Assembly (NCBI RefSeq): GCF_041929205.1
Contig: NZ_JBHFNT010000303.1
DNA: 64,000 bases
Direction: 5' to 3' (one strand)
Origin: Floridaenema evergladense BLCC-F167
GTDB taxonomy: Bacteria; Cyanobacteriota; Cyanobacteriia; Cyanobacteriales; Aerosakkonemataceae
Every line of letters starts with the position of its first letter. The first letter of the stretch is position 1. Shown here in pieces: positions 36,260 to 45,091 of the stretch. Under the pieces are notes generated by a model. It did no database searches, was not told where the DNA came from, and worked only from the letters and a program-made list of their open reading frames with translations. The position numbers and the translations under genes were made by a program.

Positions 36260-37372
36260 CTAAGCTGTTATTTCTTCAGAAAATTCAATAGCTGCTTTAG
36301 TTTCAACAGTTACGTTGTTTTGGGAAACTTCTGAAACCGAAACATCGATCCAATCTACAATTGTTGACACGGTATCGTTGTAGGAGTTAGCTGCACTGTG
36401 GGGAATAGGAGTAGTTTCAGCAAGAGTGGAACTGCTTGCCTTAAGTGCCGCTTCTAAAACTTTGGCTACCCAGTCCACCAAAACCAATCCTTCTCCTCTA
36501 GCAGCATCTTGTATCAGGGATTGCAAGTGTGCAGGAAGCTGTAAAGTTAAGGTAAAAGTTTCTGTTGATGGCAACGTTCTTTTGGCTTGCTCAGGGATTG
36601 CCTGTCGATTAGTCCAAAATTCGCATTCTGCTCCCCTTTCGTTGCCGTCCTTTTCAATAAAGTTCAATTTCCCTAACTGGTAGCAGTAAAAACTATGGGG
36701 GTCATCTAGGAACTCTCGGCTGCAATGGTAGCAGTTCCAACAGCTTCGTGAATCAGTTCCCGCTTGACTTTGTGGCTTTTTGGAGATGTTCTTGTTCTTA
36801 GAGTTAGAACCTGAACCTTTTTGCTGATATTCTTTGGCAATTTGGGCAACATGAGTGGATGTAACTCTACCTTTAGGAGCAGTAGAGACGGCTTTAGCCC
36901 AAGCTTCCTGTTGCTTTTCGGGAGGGAGCGTCACCAAAGGACGAGTTTGGCGCTCGTTGGCGGGAAGAATTTGTGCGCCATGGCGCACATTTTCATAGAC
37001 GGTAGCTGCTTCAATTAACTGGTAAGCAGAACGACGAGACATTTCCCAACGATTAATACAGTAATCATCAAAGGTTCCGTACTCTTGTCGATATAAACGC
37101 CGCTCTTGAATTCGTCCTAAAGCTTGTCCTATCTCCCAAAATGCTCTCAGACCCTGTTCAACTTTAGCCTCCAAGCTACTCAGTTCTATTAACTCAGCTT
37201 CTGTAAGTGTATTTCCTGTAAATAAATTTTCAGCATTAACTTCTTCTAGCTGGGAGTCCTGTACTGACCCAACAGGCGTAGTAGAATTAGCTAATGACTG
37301 TTTAGACGCATCAAGATGATCAACCGTGTCAGAAAATAGCATTGATATATGGGGCTTTGCATCATGCAACAA
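36260..37372 (-). CDS. hypothetical protein with probable DNA-binding N-domain and Cys-cluster
   Basis: 370 aa. The conserved-looking block LRAFWEIGQALGRIQERRLYRQEYGTFDDYCINRWEMSRRSAYQLIEAA resembles phage/plasmid antirepressor or ParB-like N-domains, but the match is vague. A CWNCYHC...FYCYQ Cys cluster is present. The 18-bp palindrome lies inside it. Confidence 0.35.
   Translation of the reverse strand: MLHDAKPHISMLFSDTVDHLDASKQSLANSTTPVGSVQDSQLEEVNAENLFTGNTLTEAELIELSSLEAKVEQGLRAFWEIGQALGRIQERRLYRQEYGTFDDYCINRWEMSRRSAYQLIEAATVYENVRHGAQILPANERQTRPLVTLPPEKQQEAWAKAVSTAPKGRVTSTHVAQIAKEYQQKGSGSNSKNKNISKKPQSQAGTDSRSCWNCYHCSREFLDDPHSFYCYQLGKLNFIEKDGNERGAECEFWTNRQAIPEQAKRTLPSTETFTLTLQLPAHLQSLIQDAARGEGLVLVDWVAKVLEAALKASSSTLAETTPIPHSAANSYNDTVSTIVDWIDVSVSEVSQNNVTVETKAAIEFSEEITA
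36972..36989. repeat. 18-bp palindrome TGTGCGCCATGGCGCACA (copy 3), inside CDS 36260-37372
   Basis: Exact match. It encodes ...VRHGA... in the minus-strand ORF. Confidence 0.8.
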
Positions 37373-37670
37373 CTAATATTGCAGCCTGCAAACTGAATGA
37401 CAAGGATTGCTTAAAGTTTCTTATTAATTCGCTCTTATAGCCAGCTTCACCGCTTTATCCAGCGATTACATGAGGTAGTGATGGAAGTGGAGAGGAAATA
37501 CTCTACTGGTATATGGGATAGTCAGTTGCCAAACCCTTGTAAATTCAAAAGTTTTCCTTTTAAATTAGATAGATAGGTAACGTCTATAATCTTTGGTCAG
37601 TCTTATCCCAGACATTCCTTATTATTAAGAGTGTGTAAAGGATAAAAGTAGTGATACAAAGATTGAAATA

Positions 37671-38135
37671 GTGTACAGCTATACTGCGAAGGTTAAATTT
37701 GTGACTGTTGGCTCTGTGTCTTCTCCTCTCCAAGAACGTCAAAAGCGGCTGACTCAACTAATCGAGCAACTGCTAGAAGAGAGTTGGACTCAAAGTAGTT
37801 TAGCCAATGCCGTTGGTGTAGATTTTTCAACAGTGCATCGGTGGTTAAGAGGCAAGACTATTCCTGATGTTGATTCTAAAAACTTTCGGCAATTGGCAAA
37901 GTTAAGTGGTGGCAATACAGTAACACTACAACTTTATTTAGATGGCGAAATTTCTTTATCAGAATACCGTAACGGTTTTGAGAAGGAAACAATAGCAGAA
38001 GTACGGGATATCAGTAAGAAATCAGCATCTGATGATATTAAAAGGGAAATATTAGCGAAAATTAAAGCACTAGAGCCAGCTGATATTTTGGATGTAATTT
38101 CCTCATCAGCAGCATTTTTAGCTAATCAGGTGTGA
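37671..38135 (+). CDS. small HTH (XRE-like) transcriptional regulator
   Basis: 154 aa. WTQSSLANAVGVDFSTVHRWLRGKTIP is a helix-turn-helix. Confidence 0.4.
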   Translation: MYSYTAKVKFVTVGSVSSPLQERQKRLTQLIEQLLEESWTQSSLANAVGVDFSTVHRWLRGKTIPDVDSKNFRQLAKLSGGNTVTLQLYLDGEISLSEYRNGFEKETIAEVRDISKKSASDDIKREILAKIKALEPADILDVISSSAAFLANQV

Positions 38136-38530
38136 AGCAAGATAATACTTAAAAAGTTATAGCAATTACTTAAGTCCGGCAAAAATAATTTAATTTTTAG
38201 TTCCTATGTTTTGACTAGAAATTTTTCATCTGGACTAAGAGAAATTTGTATCCTCATCGTCTTCTATCATTCAGTGATTGAGGTATATAAATATTTAAAA
38301 AACTCCAATTCTGGGGAATTAATTATTTAAAATCAACTGGTTGTTTCAGTGAGTTTTTAATAAAACTAATCGTTAAAATTGTAAGTTTATAAACTAGGAA
38401 ATAGCAGAAAGGTTCGGTGCGATTTGCCCCACCTACCTACTTAATATGTCGGTAAACCCTGTGCCTCACGCCTGTTGCAAACTGCTGTAGACTATGGACT
38501 ACTAACTACAATAAAACTGAGCACTAAATT

Positions 38531-39340
38531 ATGACTTTTGCCAAGAAAACTTATCTAATTACAGGTGCATCTGAAGGAATTGGCCGAGCACTAGCTATCA
38601 AATTAGCAGAAAAAGGTGCAAATTTAGTTTTAGCTGCACGCAATCAAGAAGCTTTGGATGAAACTGCTAATGCTTGCATTAATAGCGGCGGGAAAGCGAT
38701 CGCCATTCCCACCGATGTCACCAAACCAGAAGCTTGTCAAAATTTTCTAGAAAAATCGATGACAACTTTTGGCGCTATCGATGGATTGGTAAATAATGCC
38801 GGGATTTCCATGTTTGCCAAGGTTGAAGAAGTGACAGATGTTTCTATATTCGATCGCCTGATGCAAGTCAACTATTTGGGTGCAGTTTATTGCACTTATT
38901 ATGCACTTCCTTATCTCAAACAATCCAAAGGTTTGCTAGTAGCCATTTCATCCTTAACAGGAAAATATGGCATCCCCACTCGTTCCGGTTATGCAGCTAG
39001 CAAACACGCCATGCAAGGATTCTTCGACTCCCTGCGAATTGAGTTGCGCGGTACGGGCGTTGACGTTTTGGTAGTTTCTCCTGGTTTTGTCGCCACTGAG
39101 ATCAGACACAAGCTTTTAGGAACAGGTGGAAAGATAATCAAAGCTACTTTATCTAACGAACAGGAGAATATGATGTCTGTTTCCGAATGCGTTGAACAAA
39201 TTGTCAAAGCAATGGAAAAACGGCAACGAGAACTAATAATGACTGGCAGAGGTCGTTTTGGTTTGTGGCTAAAGTTAATTGCTCCCAACTTGTTGGATAG
39301 GATAGCGGAAACAGCGATTAGATCTCAAAAGCAAAGTTAA
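38531..39340 (+). CDS. SDR-family (short-chain dehydrogenase/reductase) oxidoreductase
   Basis: TGASEGIGRALA (TGxxxGIG), NNAG, and the catalytic YAASKHA (YxxxK). Typical ~270-aa length. Confidence 0.85.
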   Translation: MTFAKKTYLITGASEGIGRALAIKLAEKGANLVLAARNQEALDETANACINSGGKAIAIPTDVTKPEACQNFLEKSMTTFGAIDGLVNNAGISMFAKVEEVTDVSIFDRLMQVNYLGAVYCTYYALPYLKQSKGLLVAISSLTGKYGIPTRSGYAASKHAMQGFFDSLRIELRGTGVDVLVVSPGFVATEIRHKLLGTGGKIIKATLSNEQENMMSVSECVEQIVKAMEKRQRELIMTGRGRFGLWLKLIAPNLLDRIAETAIRSQKQS

Positions 39341-39498
39341 CATATCGTTGGATTGAAAATTACAGCAGCTTGCAAGCTGCGTGAGGTAGCTCCATAAAAT
39401 TTTGGCCATTGTTAAGTGTTTATCTTAGTTTTTTATTGATTTGAAAGTTTTTAATGTTTCTAATTTAAAAAACAAAAACTCTGATGCTTTTTCACAAT

Positions 39499-40026
39499 TC
39501 ATTTAAACTGACTGTAATGTACATCAAAAGGAATTGTTAGTCCAAAAACTTGTTCAATCTCATTACGAATAGCTTCGGCGTTACCCCACACAATATCGCT
39601 AGTAGTATGACTACGAGAAGACACTTCATTTTCAATAAGTTGGCAGTAATCATTACCATTGCGGGCAACAAAAAAGCCATAAGTGCGACAAGCAATAGGA
39701 CGTGCATCGTAAATCCGACAAGCACCCTCATTTTCATCAAGATAGGGACAGACAACCTGTGAGCTTACGGTATTTTCTGCTATCTGCACCAAAAGCTTAT
39801 CGATTTTCTGTTCGACTTCGATGCGGATGGGTTTCGGTAGTGCAACAACTGCTTCATCAATACGTGCCCATTCCTGTAAACTCAGTTCGGGAGGCTGTGC
39901 CAGCTGACGACAACATTGTGAGCAGCCCCGACGACACGGCCACCAGTCACGCGAACTACGAATGTCTTGCACCCGGACTTCTATGCGCTGTTCGAGATCA
40001 AGTAATTCTTGTTGTGCTTCCTTCAT
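39499..40026 (-). CDS. YkgJ-family Cys-cluster (CxxCxxCC) protein
   Basis: WWPCRRGCSQCCRQ (CxxxxCxxCC) plus downstream Cys residues VCPYLDENEGACRIYDARPIACRTY. This matches the putative zinc/iron-chelating PF03692-type family. Confidence 0.55.
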   Translation of the reverse strand: MKEAQQELLDLEQRIEVRVQDIRSSRDWWPCRRGCSQCCRQLAQPPELSLQEWARIDEAVVALPKPIRIEVEQKIDKLLVQIAENTVSSQVVCPYLDENEGACRIYDARPIACRTYGFFVARNGNDYCQLIENEVSSRSHTTSDIVWGNAEAIRNEIEQVFGLTIPFDVHYSQFK

Positions 40027-40192
40027 TAAACCTGTATTTTTCTACCAAATAAGTCTCAAACCTGCATTATTATTACCCAAATTAGCTGCCGAATAACAGG
40101 CTACTAACCATTACTGGGACAAATCTGTTCCCTTCCCTAGTGTAGGTAGTTCAGCTATTACTAGGAAATAATGGCTAGCGCCATTTGAAAAT

Positions 40193-40609
40193 ATGAGCCC
40201 GATTGATAAACCAAGCTTAATGAAAAACCAAGAAGATTCACTTCTAGAAAATGCTGAAAAAATAGAAAATCAAAACTTCAGCATTAGCTTTGAAAAAGTC
40301 GTTTTGATTATAGGAGTGCAAATCTTAGCTCAATCAGAAGATGAACTAGAACGGCGCGTTATTTTAAGTTCAGGTATTAAAGGAGAACCACCTCTTCTAT
40401 CTAGCTGTACACTAACTGAATTGCTTACTGGTATTCCTATCCAAGAAACTTTGCAGAGGCTAGAACAAAAATTACCGGAAATCATTGAAACAGCAAGAAA
40501 TAGGAAAAAAATCAAGCAAGAAGTACAAAGTATTTCAAACCACATCACTACTTCACAATCAATGTCAGAAAATTCGGTCGAAAGAAGTACTCAAATCAGC
40601 TTTTTCTAA
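40193..40609 (+). CDS. hypothetical protein, candidate beta-grasp/Ubl-like component
   Basis: 138 aa. A TAA stop, 1 nt, then the ATG of the next gene suggests translational coupling. The alternating beta/alpha pattern FSISFEKVVLIIGVQILAQSEDELERRVILSSGIKGEPPLL gives a weak Ubl resemblance. Confidence 0.25.
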   Translation: MSPIDKPSLMKNQEDSLLENAEKIENQNFSISFEKVVLIIGVQILAQSEDELERRVILSSGIKGEPPLLSSCTLTELLTGIPIQETLQRLEQKLPEIIETARNRKKIKQEVQSISNHITTSQSMSENSVERSTQISFF

Positions 40610-40610
40610 T

Positions 40611-41039
40611 ATGCAATACATCCTGAAACTAGAAGGTCAAGAGCTACCATTAACAGCCGAAGTAGCAGCAACAGACCAAACAATCATTGCAGCACTCGCA
40701 CCGTTTTTTCCAGAAGCTGCTAGCGCAGAAATCAAACGAGAGCAGAACGGCGAAACCACCATCATTCGTCTAGTCAAAAAAGCAGGCACTAAAGGGAATT
40801 ACCTAGAAAACATCATCAATGCTACCAATGAATTGAACCCATCTATTGCACTTTCATGGCAACTAAAACAAATAGAAATTCGAGGAGAATTAACCTTAGA
40901 GAGATTGCTAAAAATTCAGCCATTACTGGAAAATGCAATAAGTGAAGGTGAAACCTGGGAACTTGAAATAAGCAAAGTAATTTCCCGCTTAAAAACTTGT
41001 CAACCAATTGCTTCAAATCAACCCATCAAAGGATATTAA
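40611..41039 (+). CDS. hypothetical protein, candidate beta-grasp/Ubl-like component
   Basis: Start taken at MQYILKLEGQELPLTAEVAATDQTIIAALA. The ORF-track start at 40485 overlaps the previous gene. The C-terminus is ...NQPIKGY. Confidence 0.3.
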   Translation: MQYILKLEGQELPLTAEVAATDQTIIAALAPFFPEAASAEIKREQNGETTIIRLVKKAGTKGNYLENIINATNELNPSIALSWQLKQIEIRGELTLERLLKIQPLLENAISEGETWELEISKVISRLKTCQPIASNQPIKGY

Positions 41040-41073
41040 TTAAACCCCATCGCTCTGTGCAATTGCTCAATTC

Positions 41074-41805
41074 TTGAATCCAATGATGGGAAATCTTAAA
41101 CAATATCAACTGCCAGTAAAAGTAGGAGATTGCCTTGATTACTTACGTTCGCTCCAGCTGCAAACAATTTTACTAGAGCTTTACGGGCAACTTTTTCCCA
41201 TCCAATGGAGCAATTCTACTATCCCATTGTTCCAACAATCTCATCCCACAGTATACACAGACCGAGAAATCGAATTTTTGCAACTGCTTAATACTTGGTT
41301 TCCCATTGAATATTACGAAGAATTGGAAACAATTGAGGAAAGATATACAGAAATTTATCTGTATCCACAAAACATTAGTTGGTGGAATCAAACATTCGAG
41401 GAACTCAGTCAAGTAGAACAATTTATCATCAGTTTACTAGATTGGGGATACGAGCGGGAAAAATGGGAATCGGTTTTTGGTTTTAGCTCTACTTACACTG
41501 CTAAACCAGAAGAAATTAACTGGGAAAAGTTAGAACGATTATGCCAAACAAAAAAACCGCCATTACAATACTTCAGCAACGTAATTAGCATCATCGACCA
41601 TAGTTCAGACTGCATTTGGCTAGACCTGACTGATGAAAGTTATGAATCCTTGGCTTGGAGTAAAGAGAATATCATTTACCTAAAAAGCCAATGGGGAAAA
41701 GCACTTGAATTACAGCAGCAAATGGCAGAATTTTCAGTTTGGTTTGAAACGAAAGTCGAACACAAAAAAGCCGCCTTAAAACTGTGGAACCAATCTAAAA
41801 AATGA
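41074..41805 (+). CDS. acidic alpha-helical protein, candidate 6E-like component of the Ubl-conjugation operon
   Basis: 243 aa, Glu-rich helical (EIEFLQLL..EYYEELETIEERYTEIY..). It overlaps the E2-like gene start (ATGA), so it sits in an operon with the E2/JAB/E1 genes. Confidence 0.3.
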   Translation: MNPMMGNLKQYQLPVKVGDCLDYLRSLQLQTILLELYGQLFPIQWSNSTIPLFQQSHPTVYTDREIEFLQLLNTWFPIEYYEELETIEERYTEIYLYPQNISWWNQTFEELSQVEQFIISLLDWGYEREKWESVFGFSSTYTAKPEEINWEKLERLCQTKKPPLQYFSNVISIIDHSSDCIWLDLTDESYESLAWSKENIIYLKSQWGKALELQQQMAEFSVWFETKVEHKKAALKLWNQSKK

Positions 41806-42488
41806 ACGTACCATTACCACCTCTAAACATTGGAAAACTGGTGCAAACGATTGTTCCTCAAACCGAGTTGGGTGAAGTACAAGCCCAACTCTTATTTTTG
41901 TCGGGACAGTACGTTTTGATTTACAAAGAACAGGAAAAAACCCATTGTAAATTTGTATCACCAGCCGCAATAGCAAGAGCTTTTACCAATACAGTAATTG
42001 ATTCGGGTTGGCTTGATTGTCATACCGTCCGCTGGGGACATGGTTTATCTGGGGAATGGATAGTGCAGTACTACCCACCGCAGCAGTATCAAATTCTGTG
42101 TGAAAACAATGAATGGCGAATTCCCCTACCTGCCTTCGTATTTATAGGCTATCGGACTAGGTACTGGATTTGGGCATCGAAAACTAAACAGTTTGACCCG
42201 AATGCGGCTTTGTACGCCGCACCTCTACCTAATGTTTATGGTGATGGTGCAATTTGCTTTGGCGAACTGCATCCACCTGATTGTACGCCAAGCCAAATCG
42301 GAGTAGCCTGGAAAATATTTTGGCAGAGTAATTTCAGCAACCATCTAATTCAAGGTAAATCAAAGCACTACCCTCAAGACGTGCTTAAGCAATTAATGCA
42401 GGTGAAAAACAAACGAATTTATCCCAGCAAAGACTTAGTGATTTTCAACAAATCCCTCGACGTTATTTGCCAAGGCATTATCAGATGA
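41802..42488 (+). CDS. prokaryotic E2-like (UBC-fold) protein
   Basis: PLPNVYGDGAICFGELHPPD matches the E2 active-site signature HPN(I/V)...G.IC...L. The catalytic Cys is at nt 42255-42257. 228 aa. Confidence 0.55.
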   Translation: MNVPLPPLNIGKLVQTIVPQTELGEVQAQLLFLSGQYVLIYKEQEKTHCKFVSPAAIARAFTNTVIDSGWLDCHTVRWGHGLSGEWIVQYYPPQQYQILCENNEWRIPLPAFVFIGYRTRYWIWASKTKQFDPNAALYAAPLPNVYGDGAICFGELHPPDCTPSQIGVAWKIFWQSNFSNHLIQGKSKHYPQDVLKQLMQVKNKRIYPSKDLVIFNKSLDVICQGIIR

Positions 42489-43228
42489 AAATTCCTCAAT
42501 TTGTAGAGTATAAAACGGCTTTTGATGCAAGTTTACCACCAATAACTGCTAGCGCACTCGAATATTGGTTATCCAGAAATGGCGTATTTATTCGAGCACA
42601 GCGACAAGGATTAAAAGCTTGTTTCCCCATCGCTAACTGTCGCATTGCTTCCTTGGCAGTAATAGAACCTTATTTTCAGATGGAATACCCTCGCGTACCG
42701 TTGGAAATAACCAAATTGATGTGGTTACTTAGTGAGTCAGCAGGCGAAAATGAAATACTTTTTCACCTATCCTTTGAAACCGGAGGTTGGCATTTAGAAA
42801 TTCCCGCCCAAATTGCTACACCAACGAGCGTTACACCTTTAATCAGTTCGGTTAATTCATCTTATGAAACAGCATTGATTGAAGTGCATTCTCATGCCAA
42901 CATGAGTAGTGAATTTTCGGAAGCAGATAATCGAGAAGAAACTGGATTTAGAATTTTTGCCATTCTAGGTAAGCTGAGAAGCCAACCGGAAATTAATACT
43001 CGAAGTGACGTTCTCTCCCGCCCGAGCTTGCGCTATAACGGGAGCTTCTCACTTCAGAATAAAGATAGCTGTACGCCATCCCCACCTGAGAAAGCTTCAC
43101 ACTTCACAGGCTGGGTATCCCCTAAGCCTCTGTGTGCAGACAAGATGAGTCCCACCTCGTTTAATGCTCGTTCTAATATATTTCGAGCGGCGTTTTCATC
43201 TCTATCCATTGCTAGGCCGCACTTATGA
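42467..43228 (+). CDS. JAB/MPN+ (JAMM) metalloprotease-domain protein; C-terminus probably disrupted by IS
   Basis: JAMM motif ...WHLEIP...IEVHSHANMSSEFSEAD (E ... HxH-x7-S-xx-D) at nt ~42885-42925. The ORF then runs into the 3' end region of the minus-strand tnpB (from ~42980). Its distal part is therefore probably IS-derived read-through. Confidence 0.5.
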   Translation: MPRHYQMKIPQFVEYKTAFDASLPPITASALEYWLSRNGVFIRAQRQGLKACFPIANCRIASLAVIEPYFQMEYPRVPLEITKLMWLLSESAGENEILFHLSFETGGWHLEIPAQIATPTSVTPLISSVNSSYETALIEVHSHANMSSEFSEADNREETGFRIFAILGKLRSQPEINTRSDVLSRPSLRYNGSFSLQNKDSCTPSPPEKASHFTGWVSPKPLCADKMSPTSFNARSNIFRAAFSSLSIARPHL

Positions 43229-44343
43229 CATTCGTGCAGGCGAATAGATAGAGTTTTCGGTACTTTTGCGCCACAACTTGAGCAATTTTGAGATGTTCCA
43301 TGAGGACTTACTTTTACAATTCGGACACCGCATTTAACTGCCACTGCGTCCAAAATGGTAATGAACCTCCCCCATGCTGCATCCAAAATTGATTTGCTCA
43401 ATCTTGTTCGAGCAAGCCCTTTGATGTTTAGATCTTCTACCGCAATTAAGTCATACCTTTTGACTAAATTGTGAGCGGTGTTATAGTGAAAGTTTTCCCT
43501 AATCCGACCAATTCTCTGATGAATTCTGGCTATCTTATTTTTCTGCTTGTTAGAGCGATTCGACCCCTTTTTTGACCTTGCTAACTTACGTTGTTGACGA
43601 GCCAAATGAGACTGAGTTTTGCGGTAGATTTGTTGAATGGGAACTGTCTCACCTTCAGAAGTGGTAAGAAATTCCTTGAGTCCCACATCAATGCCAATAA
43701 CTGTTTTCACCTCATCCAATGGCTTATGTTCGGGTACAGTTTCATCCTCCATAGAAATACAGCAGTACCACCCATCAGCTTTGCGAACAATGGTGCAAGT
43801 TTTTAGGGTAAATCCATCAGGAAGAGGACGATGTAAGATGACTAGCATCTCTCCTATCTTTGACAGTTTCAACACACCATTGTTAAGATGCGCTCCTGCT
43901 TTTGGACAATTTATTCGTGGGTAAACGAATGACCGCAACTCATCAACTTTTTTAAATTTGGGTCTACCACCTCGCTTGCCTGATTTATCAGGAAATAACC
44001 AACGCTCGATCGCCTTATTCAATCTTTGCAAATTAACTTGCTGTGACTCTGACCAAATATTTTTGTACTCAGGAAACAACACTTTAGTTTGCTTTAGATC
44101 CGACTGCTGCGTGTAGTAATTAACAGTTGCAGGTATCTCTCCGATTGGCTCATAAATTATACTGCAACGGTCAATTTGACATCTGGTTCGTCGTAGCCAA
44201 TCTAACCTCTGCTCCAGACAATAATTCCAATGCCGTCGAAGCAACTCTAATGTATGGAGCATAGTTGCTTCTTGTTTGGCATTGGGTTTAATTCGGTAGC
44301 AGTAAGTTAGAATCATAGCTGTTATTTTACAGCTTATCGCCAA
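43054..44343 (-). CDS. tnpB: IS200/IS605-family TnpB (OrfB)
   Basis: 429 aa. RuvC-like IGIDVGLKEFLTTSEG. Zinc finger CSSCGAKVPKTLSIRLHECHKCGLAMDRDENAARNI. No tnpA is present. Confidence 0.85.
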   Translation of the reverse strand: MAISCKITAMILTYCYRIKPNAKQEATMLHTLELLRRHWNYCLEQRLDWLRRTRCQIDRCSIIYEPIGEIPATVNYYTQQSDLKQTKVLFPEYKNIWSESQQVNLQRLNKAIERWLFPDKSGKRGGRPKFKKVDELRSFVYPRINCPKAGAHLNNGVLKLSKIGEMLVILHRPLPDGFTLKTCTIVRKADGWYCCISMEDETVPEHKPLDEVKTVIGIDVGLKEFLTTSEGETVPIQQIYRKTQSHLARQQRKLARSKKGSNRSNKQKNKIARIHQRIGRIRENFHYNTAHNLVKRYDLIAVEDLNIKGLARTRLSKSILDAAWGRFITILDAVAVKCGVRIVKVSPHGTSQNCSSCGAKVPKTLSIRLHECHKCGLAMDRDENAARNILERALNEVGLILSAHRGLGDTQPVKCEAFSGGDGVQLSLF

Positions 44344-44422
44344 TCATGACAATAATATACGATAAAGGATTCAGGTCTGTTTACTAGTCTACCGAAAACC
44401 TGTCTTCTGGACTGGCTCTACG

Positions 44423-45091
44423 TTGGTAGACCCGGATATTATTGAGGCGAAGAACATTCCCAGACAGAACTTTATTGAAAGTGAAATTGGCAGTAATAAA
44501 GCCTTAGTTCTAGCCACTAGATACAACCTAGCATTAGGCAGCAATTTAACTGCTATTCCCAAACCTTTTCATCAAGATTTATTAGATAGTTGGTGGACGG
44601 GTTTAACAATAATTATTGGTTGTGTGGATAATGCAGCAGCCCGTTACCAAATAAGTCAATGTCTGGAATTGAATCAAAATAAAGAACCGGATATTTGGTA
44701 TTTGGATTGTGGGAATCATGCCAATTCAAATTCGGGACAAGTGTTACTTGGTTCCACCAATCAATTTCAACTAAAAAATGCTTTCGATAACCCAGAAAAA
44801 CCCAGTTTTTGTATTAACTTACCTTCGCCTACTTTGCAGCATCCTGAATTACTAGAAGCGCTACCTGAAGAACTGAGTAATACCTCGCTTTCTTGTGCAG
44901 AAATTGCATTGCGTAACCAACAAGCATTATTTGTAAATCAACAAGTAGCTGCTATAGCCACAGAGTACGTAAAATCTCTTGTATTAACAGGAGGATTGAG
45001 AAGGTTTGCTACTTACTTTAATAGTGATATTGGTTCAATGCGATCGCGCTACATTTGTTCCCAAAATATAACACAATATAACACAACATGA
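44423..45091 (+). CDS. E1-like (ThiF/MoeB/UBA-fold) protein, N-terminal Rossmann GxGxxG segment missing (probably IS-disrupted)
   Basis: (TGSTL)VDPDIIEAKNIPRQNF matches the E1 ...G.L.LVD.D.VE.SNL.RQ motif. IIIGCVDNAAARYQI matches the E1 DN...R motif (nt ~44623-44650). The reading frame is open from 44366. The nucleotide-binding GxGxxG that should precede it is absent. LSCAEI is a candidate catalytic Cys. Confidence 0.5.
   Translation: MVDPDIIEAKNIPRQNFIESEIGSNKALVLATRYNLALGSNLTAIPKPFHQDLLDSWWTGLTIIIGCVDNAAARYQISQCLELNQNKEPDIWYLDCGNHANSNSGQVLLGSTNQFQLKNAFDNPEKPSFCINLPSPTLQHPELLEALPEELSNTSLSCAEIALRNQQALFVNQQVAAIATEYVKSLVLTGGLRRFATYFNSDIGSMRSRYICSQNITQYNTT

Noticed and set aside
39537-40052. 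Overlapping ORFs 39537-39755(-), 39550-39762(+) and 39702-40052(+) around the YkgJ-family gene.
   Set aside because: The 39499-40026(-) frame carries the conserved CxxCxxCC cluster. The others are low-complexity shadows.
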